Below, one piece after another: positions 38,280-51,246 of a stretch of DNA of 64,000 nucleotides (the first letter of the stretch is position 1; every line of letters starts with the position of its first letter). The DNA is from Girardia tigrina (taxonomy: Eukaryota). The notes beneath the pieces are model-generated. The model saw only the letters and a list, made by a program, of their open reading frames with translations, was not told where the DNA came from and ran no database searches. The stretch covers positions 30,174 to 94,173 of the forward strand of contig MQRK01247738.1 in assembly GCA_001938485.1 (NCBI GenBank), written 5' to 3'. Made by a program: the position numbers and the translations under genes.

Positions 38280-39814
38280 GGCGAGACAATCAAATTCACT
38301 GATGTCTTCAGTAATTGATGTCATATATCAAGGAGTGATTATATCGAATGAAAATAATGTCATCCACAACTTCTTTCGACATGATCTCTCTCAAAGAGAA
38401 TTAATATTTTTGTGGACACTAAAACACCTCTCCACAGCTGCCTCGGAAACTGGCATCATTTTGAGTTTATGTTCTATAAATAGACGCAATCGTCCTGGAA
38501 TGATTGCAATTGAATGAAATTCCTGTTCACAAACGTATTGATGGAATTTAGGAACTCCTAGAGCGTCCAACCACTTGGGAAGCCTAACTTCAGAAGCTTC
38601 AGATAACTGCTTTTGCTCATTCACAAACATATCAAGGTGGACAACTGGATTCATTAGTCAATGTCTGCAATTTTCAACCACCATTGCCAAGTTGTCCGAC
38701 TGGATTCAGAAGTCTTTACAACTGCTTTGTAGAACTCTTTTGTAGAACTCTGTTGGATCTTTGAATCTTTGATATATTTTCCAAAACTGACTGCTTTTTA
38801 AAATAATTGCCAAATTAGATTATTTAAACAACTCTAATTTAATTTTATTAATTACATTTAATTAAATTTAACTTCTATTAAATTTAATTAAATTTCATCG
38901 AACTATTTAAAAGTTATATTATAAATTCGGCTATTACTTTTGGGAGAGACAACCTACTTTACAACATACGAAACATCATATCAAACATTCCTCTCAGAGA
39001 CAAAGCTGCTATTGTGTTCACCATGTGAACAAGCATATCAGAATTGGATGGTCCTTGTGTCTGGAGGTATTTCGCCAGATCCATAAAACGATCAAATATA
39101 CTGCTCCATGTGATCTCACAATAGCGATTTATAATACCATTCTGAATGTGGCTCGAGAGTATTTGAAAAGCAAATCTAATGAATTCAACATTTTTCAATG
39201 TATCTTTAATTATAAGGTTGATTATGTAAGCAGCACATCTTAGTAGCAATATGGTTGGGCGTTGTTGAAATACGAGCTTTATTGTGGCAACTATATATCT
39301 GGCATTTTCGGTAATAGCACTGATCAGATTGATATCAAAAGAATCCAAATTGTCCAGTAGATCAAATACACACATTGAAATAGATAGTGCACTATTGTTA
39401 GGTAACAAGAAACTCTGCAAAAATACTGCTTTCGAGGGTTCATTCGAGAATAATAATAAGATGGTTTAATTTTAGTGATTGGGTACATAATTTAGTCATT
39501 ATTTATTATTTTAGTCATAGTTATAAGAGAAATTAAAAAAAACTAAAACCATTAATTTATTAACTTAATTTAAACTGAATTTAAAATTAAATTAATATTT
39601 CATATTTTATATGGAAAGTTAATAATTATTTTAATTTTTTAAAATTAATTTTTTTTAATAACACGGTATTCATTTTTTTAGTATAAAAAATTATGTGTAT
39701 GACCAAACCATATTAGAAAAGGAAAGAGCTAATTTATATTTGAGAACCCGTAATGCGGGTCTGGAGGCAAAGTACGGGCTCCGGGCTTGGGCTAAGGGCC
39801 ATGCATCACCCCTA
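38280..39814 (-). mobile_element. hAT transposase pseudogene
   Basis: 'ITENARYI...RCAAYIINLIIKD' (TDNA / CxAH motifs) and dimerisation motif 'PVSEAAVERCFS'. TAGGGGTGATGCA end at 39814. Confidence 0.8.
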
Positions 39815-40512
39815 GATATCGATAATGTGGGAGATGTTTCAAACTAATTTAACATTTGTCCAATTGAAAATTATTGTTATTCTAAATATTAAAATTTTAA
39901 ATATTAAATAAAAAATATACTTTATGTGTAAAATTTCTGTTTCCTGATGCATTAAAAACATTTAGTAAAGCAGTTCACGCGTAAAAAGAAGTATGCTTGA
40001 ATCCAAACATATTTCCTTAGACGAAAAAAATTAAATAATAAACGTTGAAGCTTGATAACTGGCTTCAAAATTTGATATCCAAAACTTCGAAGTTCCCCTA
40101 TTTTGTTGCATTTATTATTAAAAAATTCACTTTTTTCATAAAATGTATAAATAAAATATTATTTATTATAATTTGCTGTTATATGTAATTATTAAATAAT
40201 TATATCCTTATTAATTACTTAAATCAATCTAAACTTATATCTAAAATATGTGGCTTGCTTTTACGGCTATTAAATTTGAGTTTGAATTTGTAGTAAATGA
40301 ACTGCAGCGTCCACCAAGGGCTTTCATGTTTTGTTTTCATAAGAACTTTAGGGAAAAGATGAATTGAAAGAAAGAATATACCAAAGTAAAATTGTTTCAT
40401 CCTCCATAGAGAAAACGTTCCCTTGGGAAAAGAGAAAATCTTTCAGTCTTTATCTGTCTAAAATATTCCTGAAAGAAAATTTACGTTTCAAAAATTTAAT
40501 TAAAATATTAAA

Positions 40513-40620
40513 ATGGAATATAGAAAAGGAGAACTAAACAACAACATTGATATGCTATCGAGACAGAATTGCGACACGAGCTTTCAGTGTCACATGGAAC
40601 ACGAAGAAGCTAAAAATGGT
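40513..40620 (+). mobile_element. Gypsy pol fragment
   Basis: 'EYRKGE...DMLSRQNCDTSFQCHMEH' is homologous to the pol at 49027-49701. Confidence 0.7.
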
Positions 40621-40926
40621 AACTCATTCTGTTCTTATTGGGATACATTACTTTCATCTAAATTTAAAGTATTTTTCATAATTTGTTTCATTAAGAAAAC
40701 CTGATTCAAAATAAATCAACAAAACTTTTTCTAATTTCCATAATCAAACTAAAAACAAGTAATTTTAATAAATTGATTCTTTATTTGCAATTGTATCAAA
40801 TATAAATTATTAAGTCTTAGGTCTTGCTTTTTAAATTTATAAGTTTTTATGTAAAGGTGCCTTCAATAAAGGATTTTTAAAATATTTTTATGTGTTTGCA
40901 AATTTTGATGAATATGAATTTCAATT

Positions 40927-41040
40927 AGGAATGTATCGGTTTTCGGCTCCGGCTCCGGAAAACCGGCTATCCGGTCATTTTTGAAACTCCGGTACCGGCT
41001 TCCGCTCCGACAAAATTCTACCGGTTTTGATGCCGGTTTT
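40927..41040 (+). mobile_element. hAT-like terminus with CCGG subterminal repeats
   Basis: TAGGAATGTA start followed by clustered CCGG motifs in AT-rich context. Confidence 0.4.
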
Positions 41041-41643
41041 TTTGCTCAATGTTGATAAGAATTAAAAACTCATAAATAAAGCGCTTATAAAAAACAAATG
41101 ATGTTAAATGATGATCTCGAAAACGATGCGTTTACAAATGCAGTTATACAGATTTTATTATGAAAGCAATATCTTACGGTAATTTTGATGCCATTTAGAA
41201 TTGATTTTCTGTTATTAAATGAATTATTTTCCATAAAAGTAAATCGTTTTATACAATTATTTCACAATTATATTAATCTCTTATTACATTAATTAAATTT
41301 TAAAAAAGTTTAAATTGTATAAATGTTATGCCAAATTCGGCAACAGTTTTGCTGAAATAGTGTAATTGCCGAATTCATAAACTGGTCAATTTTTGCCGTA
41401 TTCAATAACTATATGAAAAATTCTCAATTATAATATGAAAAAATCTCCAATTAGAATGAAAAATTATCTATTTCATATGAGGAAAATATGAAAAAAAATT
41501 AATATGAAAAATTATGAAATTAATTTTAAAAATATTTTTTTTCATATTAAATTGATAATATTTCATATTAAAATTGATATTTTTTCATATCAAATGCAGA
41601 ATGAAGTATTATATAGGAACAAAATAAATTTACTTTTTAGATT

Positions 41644-43292
41644 AGTGGGATAATTGAATGTTATTTTAATATTCAATTATTGTTGTTGTTTTAATATTTG
41701 ATTATTTGTGTTAGAATTTAAATATATTTATTCTTGATGGATTTCGATTGTGTTCTTACTGGCGACCACAGCCACTAAAATCTCGAAACCAAACCGGTAA
41801 TTTGCGCAGTGAGCAGAGCGGAAGAGATAAGAAAATTGTTTTCAAAATTACAACTTGCTGCTCAAGAAGCACTGGCACTGAAGGTATCATTTTTTGATGG
41901 TAAATCGGATAACACAGGGAAATGACTGGACGAAACAAATGAGTTTGTGTTATTCAACCAAATGGAAATGTCATTTGCCTTCGACATGCTTTTACGAGGG
42001 GACTGTCCTCTGTTATGGAACGAATTTAGTGCAAATCGGAAAGATTTGTCGAACGAAGAAGTGTCCAGATGGTTTCTATCAACATTTACCAAACTGAGGA
42101 GTGTCGTGGACAAAGTCAAGGAACTGAGCAACGTTTCTCAATGACACGAAGAACGATATCAATGTTTCGAGTTACGGGTAAGATCATTAGTTACCGAAAT
42201 TTTTAAGACGCCAGAAGCAATGGATGAAATTATACATACATAATGATAAGCTACGAGAAGCATTTATTTTAGAATCGGATATGCCGTCAGAAAAGCGTTT
42301 TACAATGGCAAGTATGCTGGAGCAATTGACTCCTAAATCAGTCGCAGCAGTTTTACCAAATAGGATGAGAAATTCTGATTCTGTTAGAAAACCAAACATG
42401 GATATTGCACATTTTTTTACCTTCTAAAACAGGAAAGAAATATGTACTTGTGAAGGTTGTTAGATTTAGCAAGGTCGTTGCATTGGTACCACTTCGTAAT
42501 CAAGATGAAAACACGTTGATTTCTGCTATTAAAAATAGATGGATTTATCGATTCGGGTAACCCAGATCCTTTTTATCAGACAAGAGAAAAACTTTTGATG
42601 GTAACAAGTTGCGGGAGATGTGTAAAACCTTCAATATATCTCAAGAATTTTCGTCTCCGTACCAACACCAATCCAATGGATTAGCAGAGCACACGATTCG
42701 TTCATTGTGTCATATGGTAGTTACTTCTAGTGCATCTCAAAATGATTCTCTAGATTGGGAAGAACTACTTCCAAAAATTGAATTTCTTCTGAATACAACA
42801 TGGCAAAGCTCTATCGCATGTACTCCATTTGAGGTTTTATTTAGACAGAAGCTGAATTTACATGGCACATTTAATAGATTATCCCATACACAATCAAATC
42901 CGATGACAGTTGAACAAAATTCTAAGTCTTCCTATCGATTACAGATGCAAGATGATGAAAAACGAGGACATCGGATCTTTCAGGTGGGAGAGGAAGTGTT
43001 AGTAAAGGTGGAACCTCACAAATTGAAGAAAAAAGGATTCAGATATGAAGGGCCATATAAAACTGTAAAATTCCTCACTCCTCATCAAGTGGTTCTGAAG
43101 TATCCCAGGTCCTTGAAACCGCACTGCATTGAATGGTTGAAAAGGTATACAAGACCTTCAAATTAAAGAGGAGGAAGTTGGATAATTGAATGTTATTTTG
43201 ATATTCAATTATTGTTGTTGTTTTAATATTTGATTATTGGTGTTAGAATTTAAATATATTTATTCTTTATGGATTTCGATTGTGTTCTTACT
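41644..43292 (+). mobile_element. Internally deleted Gypsy-like LTR retrotransposon with 117-bp AGT...ACT LTRs
   Basis: LTRs 41644-41760 and 43176-43292. PBS TGGCGACCAC overlaps the last LTR base; PPT AAAGAGGAGGA; imperfect TSD AGATT/ATATT. Gag remnant plus integrase core (SSPYQHQSNGLAE); no RT. Confidence 0.9.
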
Positions 43293-45011
43293 ATATTTAA
43301 TAATTTTGCATTGCTTAAATGCATAAATTTTTTAACTTTTGACGAACATTAAATTTTTTTCATAATGGAAACTCGACGAATTAGGACGTTTCTTTGTCAA
43401 CGGTAAGTCACTTCCTGCAAACAAAATTTAACAAACAAATTGAAATTTTCAATTAACATTCGTGTACATCCTTTTTATGAACGAGTCTTCAATTTGTGTT
43501 ACTTAAACTAAACTTTTCATAATGGAATTTTGGAATATTTTGGAAAAATATTTAAATTTTATGGATGTTTTCATTTTTTTAACATTATAATGTCTAACTA
43601 TCATACATAATATAATAAAAAAAACCAATATATATATATATATATATANNNNNNNNNNNNNNNNNNNNNNNNNNNNNNNNNNNNNNNNNNNNNNNNNNTA
43701 TATATTTATGAAAAATATTTTGAGAAAAAATAAAATGTTTTTAATATTTTTACTCAGTAAGTTTAGTAATAGTAAGTTGGAATTTCTAAATTAAGGATTA
43801 ATTAATATTTATATATTTTTCAATATTAATACTTAATTCTGATCTATTTAAATCCATTTTAATACATAATAAAAACATTATGTAAAATATATCTAAACTT
43901 GTATATGAGACCACTCCAAATAATTTAAAGTTCGTTCTAAGTATAAAATAACTAAAATAATTTTAGCAGTTATTTTACATTAAAGAGTAAAAGCATCAAA
44001 ACATTTAAGTTATTAAAAAATTAAAGATAAAATCACATTTAAAACGTTTAAATGTTTAAAAAATTTGTTGATATAATAATAAAATATTTTGGTAAAATTT
44101 TACTAAAATATTTTCTAGCACAATATAAAATAATAACAAAACATAAGTATTTTATACAAATAATATTAATTCAAATAAAGATTATGTAGGATTAATAGAA
44201 ATGGATGAAGTTCGCAACAATGTTTTACCTTTTATGTTTCCATTCTCTCAACAAAGATATTTTTGTATTTTTATATATTATTGGATGTATAATTAATAGA
44301 ATAATAATGTGTTCTTAGTATAAAATTATTTATATTATTTATTTTCTTTACAATAAGTGTGATAAACAAAAGTTGGTCACGCAGAAATCGACAAAATATG
44401 AGTTTTTTAACATATAATATTTTTATTATGGTAAGAAAAAGTTCATAAAAATTATAAAAAAAATATATACTCAAACAATTATTGAGTCTAAAGTTTACAA
44501 ATAAATTCATCTTAAATAACACATTTCATTTTCTATCATTTCAATAAAATCAAAAAAAATAATATAAATTGTTAGAACAAAATTGATGAAGTAAATCAAA
44601 TTATATTATATAAAATTGAATAAATTTAAAACGTTTATTCCAAATAAATCACATGTAGTTCAAAATGAGTTGGAAAATCATTCAAATTAGAATTATTTAT
44701 TTATATATTGTTATATATTTCTATATCAATAATTTTCTGAAGAACATTTTAAAAATAATATTAAAAATTTTTGCTGTGGTGATTTTAACAAATGCAAAAG
44801 ATTTTTCTAATACATTCTTTTTGTTTTTCTTCATATAAAAATAAATAAAACAACTTTTATTTTTTAAATTGTACATATAATAACGAATTATTTGGTTTGT
44901 TTTTATTATTCTTTAAACGATAAATATATCAAAAACAAAAAGACAAAAGTTGAAATTCATTTTTATATTTGATACTCATAACAAATAAATAAATAAATAC
45001 ATTATTTATTC

Positions 45012-45221
45012 TCAATATTTGCTGTAACTGTCGTATCCGTACGAATCATATTTGTCGTATTTGTCGTATTTGTCGTATTTCTCATGTTTTCCGTATTTGT
45101 CGTATTTTTCGTATTTGTCGTACTTTCCGTATTTGTCGTGTTTACCGTACTTGTCGTATTTGTCGTAGTAATCGTCTGCTACAACGAACGCGATGAGAAC
45201 TGCAAGAATGAGTAACTTCAT
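45012..45221 (-). CDS. Secreted Tyr/Lys/Asp tripeptide-repeat peptide, copy 3 (69 aa)
   Basis: Same signal peptide and C-tail as copies 1 and 2; 13 tripeptide units (in-frame 18-bp shorter). Confidence 0.9.
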   Translation of the reverse strand: MKLLILAVLIAFVVADDYYDKYDKYGKHDKYGKYDKYEKYDKYGKHEKYDKYDKYDKYDSYGYDSYSKY

Positions 45222-47799
45222 GTTTGAATGAAAGTATCAAATATGTAGTAATAAAATGTTGTGAAGAAACAGTGAAACAGACGGATATTTATACAATTCT
45301 GTCTACAGCGATGTTACAAAGTTTGAAAGATAAAACTTACCGCAGACCTTCATTATTCACCTTTAAGCCATGATAATTTGCAGTTTTTAGCGTACGATTT
45401 GCTAAAGGTGAATTTCGAAAACAAAATCTTTACGTACAGATAGTAGAAATGTCGATGTGTCATTTTCGATATGTTAAATGTACAAAATATTCTTGTTCGA
45501 ATAATTTTAGACGTTTTTCTCTTTTTTCATTCTTTTGTAATTCGATACGCAAAAATTAAATTTCAATAGAAAAGTAATGAAAATTTTCTAAACTAAATAA
45601 TAATTTAATTTTAATGTATTGATATTATTTTTATATTATTTAATTAATTTTAAAGTATTTTATTTGAATTGATTTATGTTGCATTAAAATATTTTTTAGT
45701 GGTAAAAAAGAAAACTGATTTTAATTTAACTGACAGAAAAGTATTTTTCAAAAAATATTAAAAGGAAAACATAAACGATTATTAAATGAAGAAAATATAT
45801 TTTTACTGTTAATTTATTCAAAATAATTAAAATTTTGTATCATTGTAATATTCTATTCAATTTTGAACTTAAAGATTAAAATTGAAATTATAAATAAATA
45901 TATAAATTCTGCAAAAATGCATAGCCGGGTGTAAAAGGGAAATCTGCCCCGCGAGTTTTTCGATTTGCACTTGGGGAATCGTTTGGATATTAAATAAAGA
46001 TAATTCAGCCAAGTTTTCAGATATTTATCTCCAATGGTTTTCGAGTATTAGTAAGAAAACCGTTTTTCGATTATTTTTTTAAATAGTAAAATTCGAAATT
46101 CATCAATAGCGATTTAGTTCTTTATTCTTTGGAGTGAAAGACATTTAAAAAAATATTACTATAAATCTCAGGTGGAAAGTCGATTTTTAAAAAAATAAAA
46201 TTAAATTAAAATCAGTTTTTAGACCGCGTTTTTGATAAGTGTCAACCGCTCTTTCTAATATATACCGGATCAGTCAATTCAATTAATTTTGGACATTTCA
46301 AAAACTGTATCTGGTATCCTATATAGTTTGTTAATGGTGTTAAACCCCATGTTAATGGGTTTATTTGTGAAGTCTTCTTTATTTGCATTGTCTTTCTTAG
46401 TGATTTATTTGTTTAAGCAGCATTTGTCTCTTCAGCAACTTGGTTAACCTTTTTAAATGTTTCATAATCAATTTTCCACTTTATTTCAGCAGGAGCAGTT
46501 TGATTTTGACATGACATCTTAAAATATTGACAGAAAAAATGGATTTATGCATAGAGCGAATAAAAAACTCACCATTTTCTTAACCAGATTTTGAAATAAT
46601 GACAGATGTCTGATTAGAAATTTAAAATATTGATTAAAATTCAAATTTGAATTGTAATCAATACGTTGACATTCATTTTTAAAAAAAGAAAATATAAAAA
46701 TGGCGACATGGCTCTCAAAGAAAACCCTAACAAAAAAACAAAGTTTTAATCATTAAAGAAACAGAAACGGTGTTAGATCCAGTTACCCCTATATCAAATC
46801 GAAAAATTATGAAGAGATCCTGTTTTCCAGTACAACCTCTCGGAAATGGTGTATGGAAAATATCCCCATCACCAATTATTACATCACAGGGATTGAGAAC
46901 AGTGACACTAAAAACGCTGAAGAAGAATGCCATATTAGTACATAAAATACGTACCAACAAATTTACTATGGACATTATTCATCCTCTGTCATATAATGAT
47001 TCAAACCTGAACATGGCGGAAATCCGGAAAAATCACGAATGACAGATCGGATAGGCCAACTACATCCATCTGCATTTCTACAGATCCGGTTGAAATATGA
47101 GAAGGAGCTCATGGTAGCAATAAAACTAATGATAAATATTAGGTTGGTGATTAAATTTCGAAGTCATAATTTTGTAAACTTTATTTCTATTACAATTTTC
47201 ATTATTGAAACAAATTTATGAGGAACAAAATTTTGATTACATAATCCAGATGTCAAAATTTTTAATATAAATAATAATATCGATAAATATACAAATATGT
47301 TATTTTATTCAATTTTGTATAAATCATATGTTGTTTTTTGCTTTATTAATTTTTTACAATGTTTATTAATTTAAATCTAAATTTAGATTTTTAAAAATAT
47401 TTTTTTTTAAAATTCAATTCTTAAATATTTTTTTTTGATTTTTAATCATTCGATGATAAATTATTTTTTAATTAAAATCTTTTATTTGTTTTTAATAAAA
47501 TGGCATTCTTTTTAAAATTTATTTTACTTGATATTGATTTTATACATTAAAAAGTGATTTTATTTTAAATAGTGTTACAAAATATATCAAAATCTTTTTT
47601 ACAATATTCTTTAACTTCGAAAATAATATTTAATTGTGAATTTTTTAAAACTTCATTTTTATAAAAATTTGTCCCAATTTAATTAAAATATTATCATTAC
47701 TCTAAATTTTTTTAAAAACTTATTTCATTTTAATTAGTAATATACTATCTGTGAACTATAATTTTTACAAAAATTATTTCGATTTAATTAACGGATAAC

Positions 47800-47900
47800 A
47801 TCAAATAGTAGGTGGACATGAAATAGTAGGTGTAATGAAGTTTTCAAAAAATTATCCACCTACTATTAAAATAGTAGGTGGAATCAAATAGTAGGTGTAT
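47800..47900. repeat. AAATAGTAGGTG direct/inverted repeats (transposon subterminal-like)
   Basis: Four direct copies and one inverted (CACCTACTATT) before an N block. Confidence 0.5.
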
Positions 47901-48231
47901 CGTTTTTNNNNNNNNNNNNNNNNNNNNNNNNNNNNNNNNNNNNNNNNNNNNNNNNNNNNNNNNNNNNNNNNNNNNNNNNNNNNNNNNNNNNNNNNNNNNN
48001 NNNNNNNNNNNNNNNNNNNNNNNNNNNNNNNNNNNNNNNNNNNNNNNNNNNNNNNNNNNNNNNNNNNNNNNNNNNNNNNNNNNNNNNNNNNNNNNNNNNN
48101 NNNNNNNNNNNNNNNNNNNNNNNNNNNNNNNNNNNNNNNNNNNNNNNNNNNNNNNNNNNNNNNNNNNNNNNNNNNNNNNNNNNNNNNNNNNNNNNNNNNN
48201 NNNNNNNNNNNNNNNNNNNNNNNNNNNNNNN

Positions 48232-50590
48232 TTTTAAAGAATTATTTCATTTTAATTAATCGACATTATTTTTACTTTATCTAAAATATAAATATGATTT
48301 TTTTAAAAATATCAAAAATTTAAAGTTCACCAAAAGTAACCCCAACATCCTCCTCGTTTTTAAAATTTTTGAATTTTTCAACATTTCGAATAAGTTGTCT
48401 ACCATTTTTGTCTTCCAACTTGTAGCTTCTGTCGTGAATTCTTTCTATAATTTCATAAGGGCCCTCGAATCTATCTTCTCCTTTCGTTCTATTTTCCTTT
48501 TGAATCCAGACCTTTTCGCCAACCTCATAAATTCTTCGAGTTACATTTTCCTCTGGCATGTTTTTTTCCTTTTAGTCTTATTCTAGTATCCTCCCGGTTT
48601 ATTTTGCTGTTATCATACCACTTTTGTCTATCTATTTTCTTCCCAAATACGACTTCTCCTGGACTGCACCCTATTGCCTTTTGTTTCGTTGCATTTATAG
48701 CAAATTCCACTTCCGGTAATATGTCTGTCCAACTTGTAGCATTTCTTTCTTTCAAACTTGCCTCAATGAATTCTCGTATTGTCCGAAACTGCCTTTCAAT
48801 TATCCCATTTGTGTTATGGTGATATGGGCTAGAGAACATCAATTCGATACCTTTTGCTTCCAACATTTCTTTTACTTTTTTCGCTTCGAAACATTTCCCG
48901 CAGTCTACGTGGATCTCTTTTGGTGCTCCAAATTTTAATATCCATTTCTGTAATATTATTTGTACTATTGTCTCTTCATCTTGTATTTTAATTGCTGTCA
49001 AGCTCACGTATTAATGAAATGGTCAATTATTCCCAAGATGTATCTTTTTTTCTTACTGTCTCATTCCATGGTCCGCAGATGTCTATATAAACTTTCTCAA
49101 ATATTTTTGACATTGTTATTTTTATATTTTCTTCCTTTGTCTTTGTAGTTATTGTCTTTGTTCGTTGACACTCCATGCATGATCTTACCACCTCTTTTAC
49201 CGTTTTCTTTTCTTCTTCCATGTCAAACTTGTCCCTCAGATCTTCGTATACTTTTTCGGCTCCCGCATGGCACAATAATCTATGTCTTTGTATGATAAGA
49301 TCGCTTCTTTTTTCTTTCGGTATCCATTCTTTCATACCCGCTCGGGCTTGACTCCTCGTAGTCACTGCCAATAATCTCGTCTTTCCTTTTTTCGCGTCTT
49401 CGTGTTCCATTTGGCATTGTGTACATGTGTCGCAATTCTGTCTTGATAACATATCAGCGTTGCCGTGCAGCACTCCCTTTCTATATTCTATTTCGATATC
49501 CAAACTACTTAAGTAATTCATCCACGTCTGGAATTGAGCCGTTAAGGGTTTCTTTGTATGAAACATGAAAGTTATAGCTTTATGATCCGTTCTCAATTTA
49601 AATCTCTTCCCGTACAGATAATGCTTGAAATGCTGGCAAAAATAAAAAATTGCCAAAAGTTCTTTCCTTGTTATGCAATAACCTTTTTCGTGTACTGACA
49701 TTGAATGTGATCTATATGCTATTACTTCCTCTTTCCCGAATCACTTATCTGTGACAGTACCACCTCTATGCTATCAAAACTGGCATCTGTATCTAGAATA
49801 AATTGTTTTTCGAAATCTGGAAAGCCCAGTATTGGTGCCGTTATCAGTGCTTCCTTCATGTCCTTAAACGCTATTTCGCATGCATCCGTCCAGTTTAACT
49901 TTTCTTTATTTAAACCACACATTCCTTCTAATACTTTGGCTTTCTTTGCATATCCTTTAATAAACCTTCTATAATAGTTGCAAATTCCTAAAAAAAAACT
50001 TCTCAAATTCTTAATACATTTCGGCCTTTGGAAATTCTCTATCGCTGCAATCTTTTCTGGATCTGTTTGTATCCCTTGGTCATTTATTATGTGTCACAGA
50101 AATTTTACTTCCGGTCGTAACATCCTATATTTCGCTGGTTTTATTCTTAGTCCTGTTTGTTGGATCCTCTAAAATACTTCTCTTATCACCTTGTAATGTT
50201 CTTCCTTTGAACTTGTCACTATTAGTATGTCATCCAAATAAACTGATGCCCCTTTCTTTATTGGTTGTATCATCTTTGCATTAGTTCTTGGAATGTTCCT
50301 GGGGCTACAGCTATGTCAAAAGGCATCCGTTTAAAACAAAACTGTCCTGTCTTGGTGGAGAACACTGTTTTTTCCTGTGATTCTTTATCCAATTCTACTT
50401 CATAGTATGCATTCCCTAAGTCTATCGTACTAAAATATTTGGTACCATGTAATATATCCATCATTTCAGCTATATTCGCCATGGGAAAAGCTTGGCGCTT
50501 AGTAATTCGATTTAACTGTCTAAAATCCAGACACAATCTGATTTCGTCCTTGTCCTTTTTCCACACACATACTATTGGTGTGTTCCATCC
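48232..50590 (-). mobile_element. Ty3/Gypsy pol pseudogene (RT-RNase H-integrase), PPT and start of 3' LTR
   Basis: RLCLDFRQLN, YLDD (about 50230), LDTDAS, KELLAI, HRLLCH...CMEC, SSPYHHNTNGIIER, with frameshifts. PPT GAGGAGGA, then LTR TGTTGGGG at 48347. Confidence 0.95.
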
Positions 50591-50829
50591 ATGTTTGGGA
50601 TTTTAATTAAAAAATGTTAATGAACATTTTGCATAAAAAAATACTATATAAAATATTCTTAAAATCGAAAAATTCATCGATTTTGCCCTATTTTGCACTA
50701 GTTTTTTTCAAAATTTAGAATATTTTAAATGATTCTTATGAGGAAAAATAGAATCTATGTATATTTCTAACAAATCTTCTCCACTTTCATAAAAAAAAAT
50801 TTTACAGACCATTTTATTTTAAAGAAAAA

Positions 50830-51246
50830 ATGACTAAAAAAAATTCACCTGATGTCGCGAACATGAAAAGAATGGAGGAATTCGATTTTGGATTAGCGAG
50901 AGAATATTCTCGTTTAAGAATAATTGATAATATAAATACAACAAACGAAAAAAAGATAGAGGAATATCAAAAGTATAAAGATTTAGGTTTCAATCATAAA
51001 GACGCTTGTAAGAAAATTGGAAGCAGTGAGTACAAATTCGCGAGAATGTTAAAAGATATGGGGATTCCATCCTTGAATCGCCATAGTGTTCCAGTTGCTG
51101 CTTCGAAAAAAGGAAAGAAAACAATAACAAAAGCAGATGAAATACTTCCAACGAAATCGAAGAAATCCAATAAGAAAATAAATATTGGAAAAGGAAAATT
51201 TGAAGAAACATTTAAATCTGTTGTAACTGAAAGTGAAAGTGAAAAA
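50830..51246 (+). CDS. Lys-rich putative HTH protein, possibly Polinton/Maverick-derived; truncated by N block
   Basis: Clean 139-codon ORF. HTH-like 'HKDACKKIGSSEYKFARMLKDMG' followed by a basic tail. Confidence 0.4.

Noticed and set aside
46300-47100. Divergent short ORF remnants suggesting a two-gene DNA transposon
   Set aside because: No diagnostic motif or TIR pair identified.
47878-48284. Long ORFs spanning N blocks (also near 17.7-19.3 kb, 51-51.7 kb, 56.7 kb)
   Set aside because: Open only because Ns contain no stop codons.
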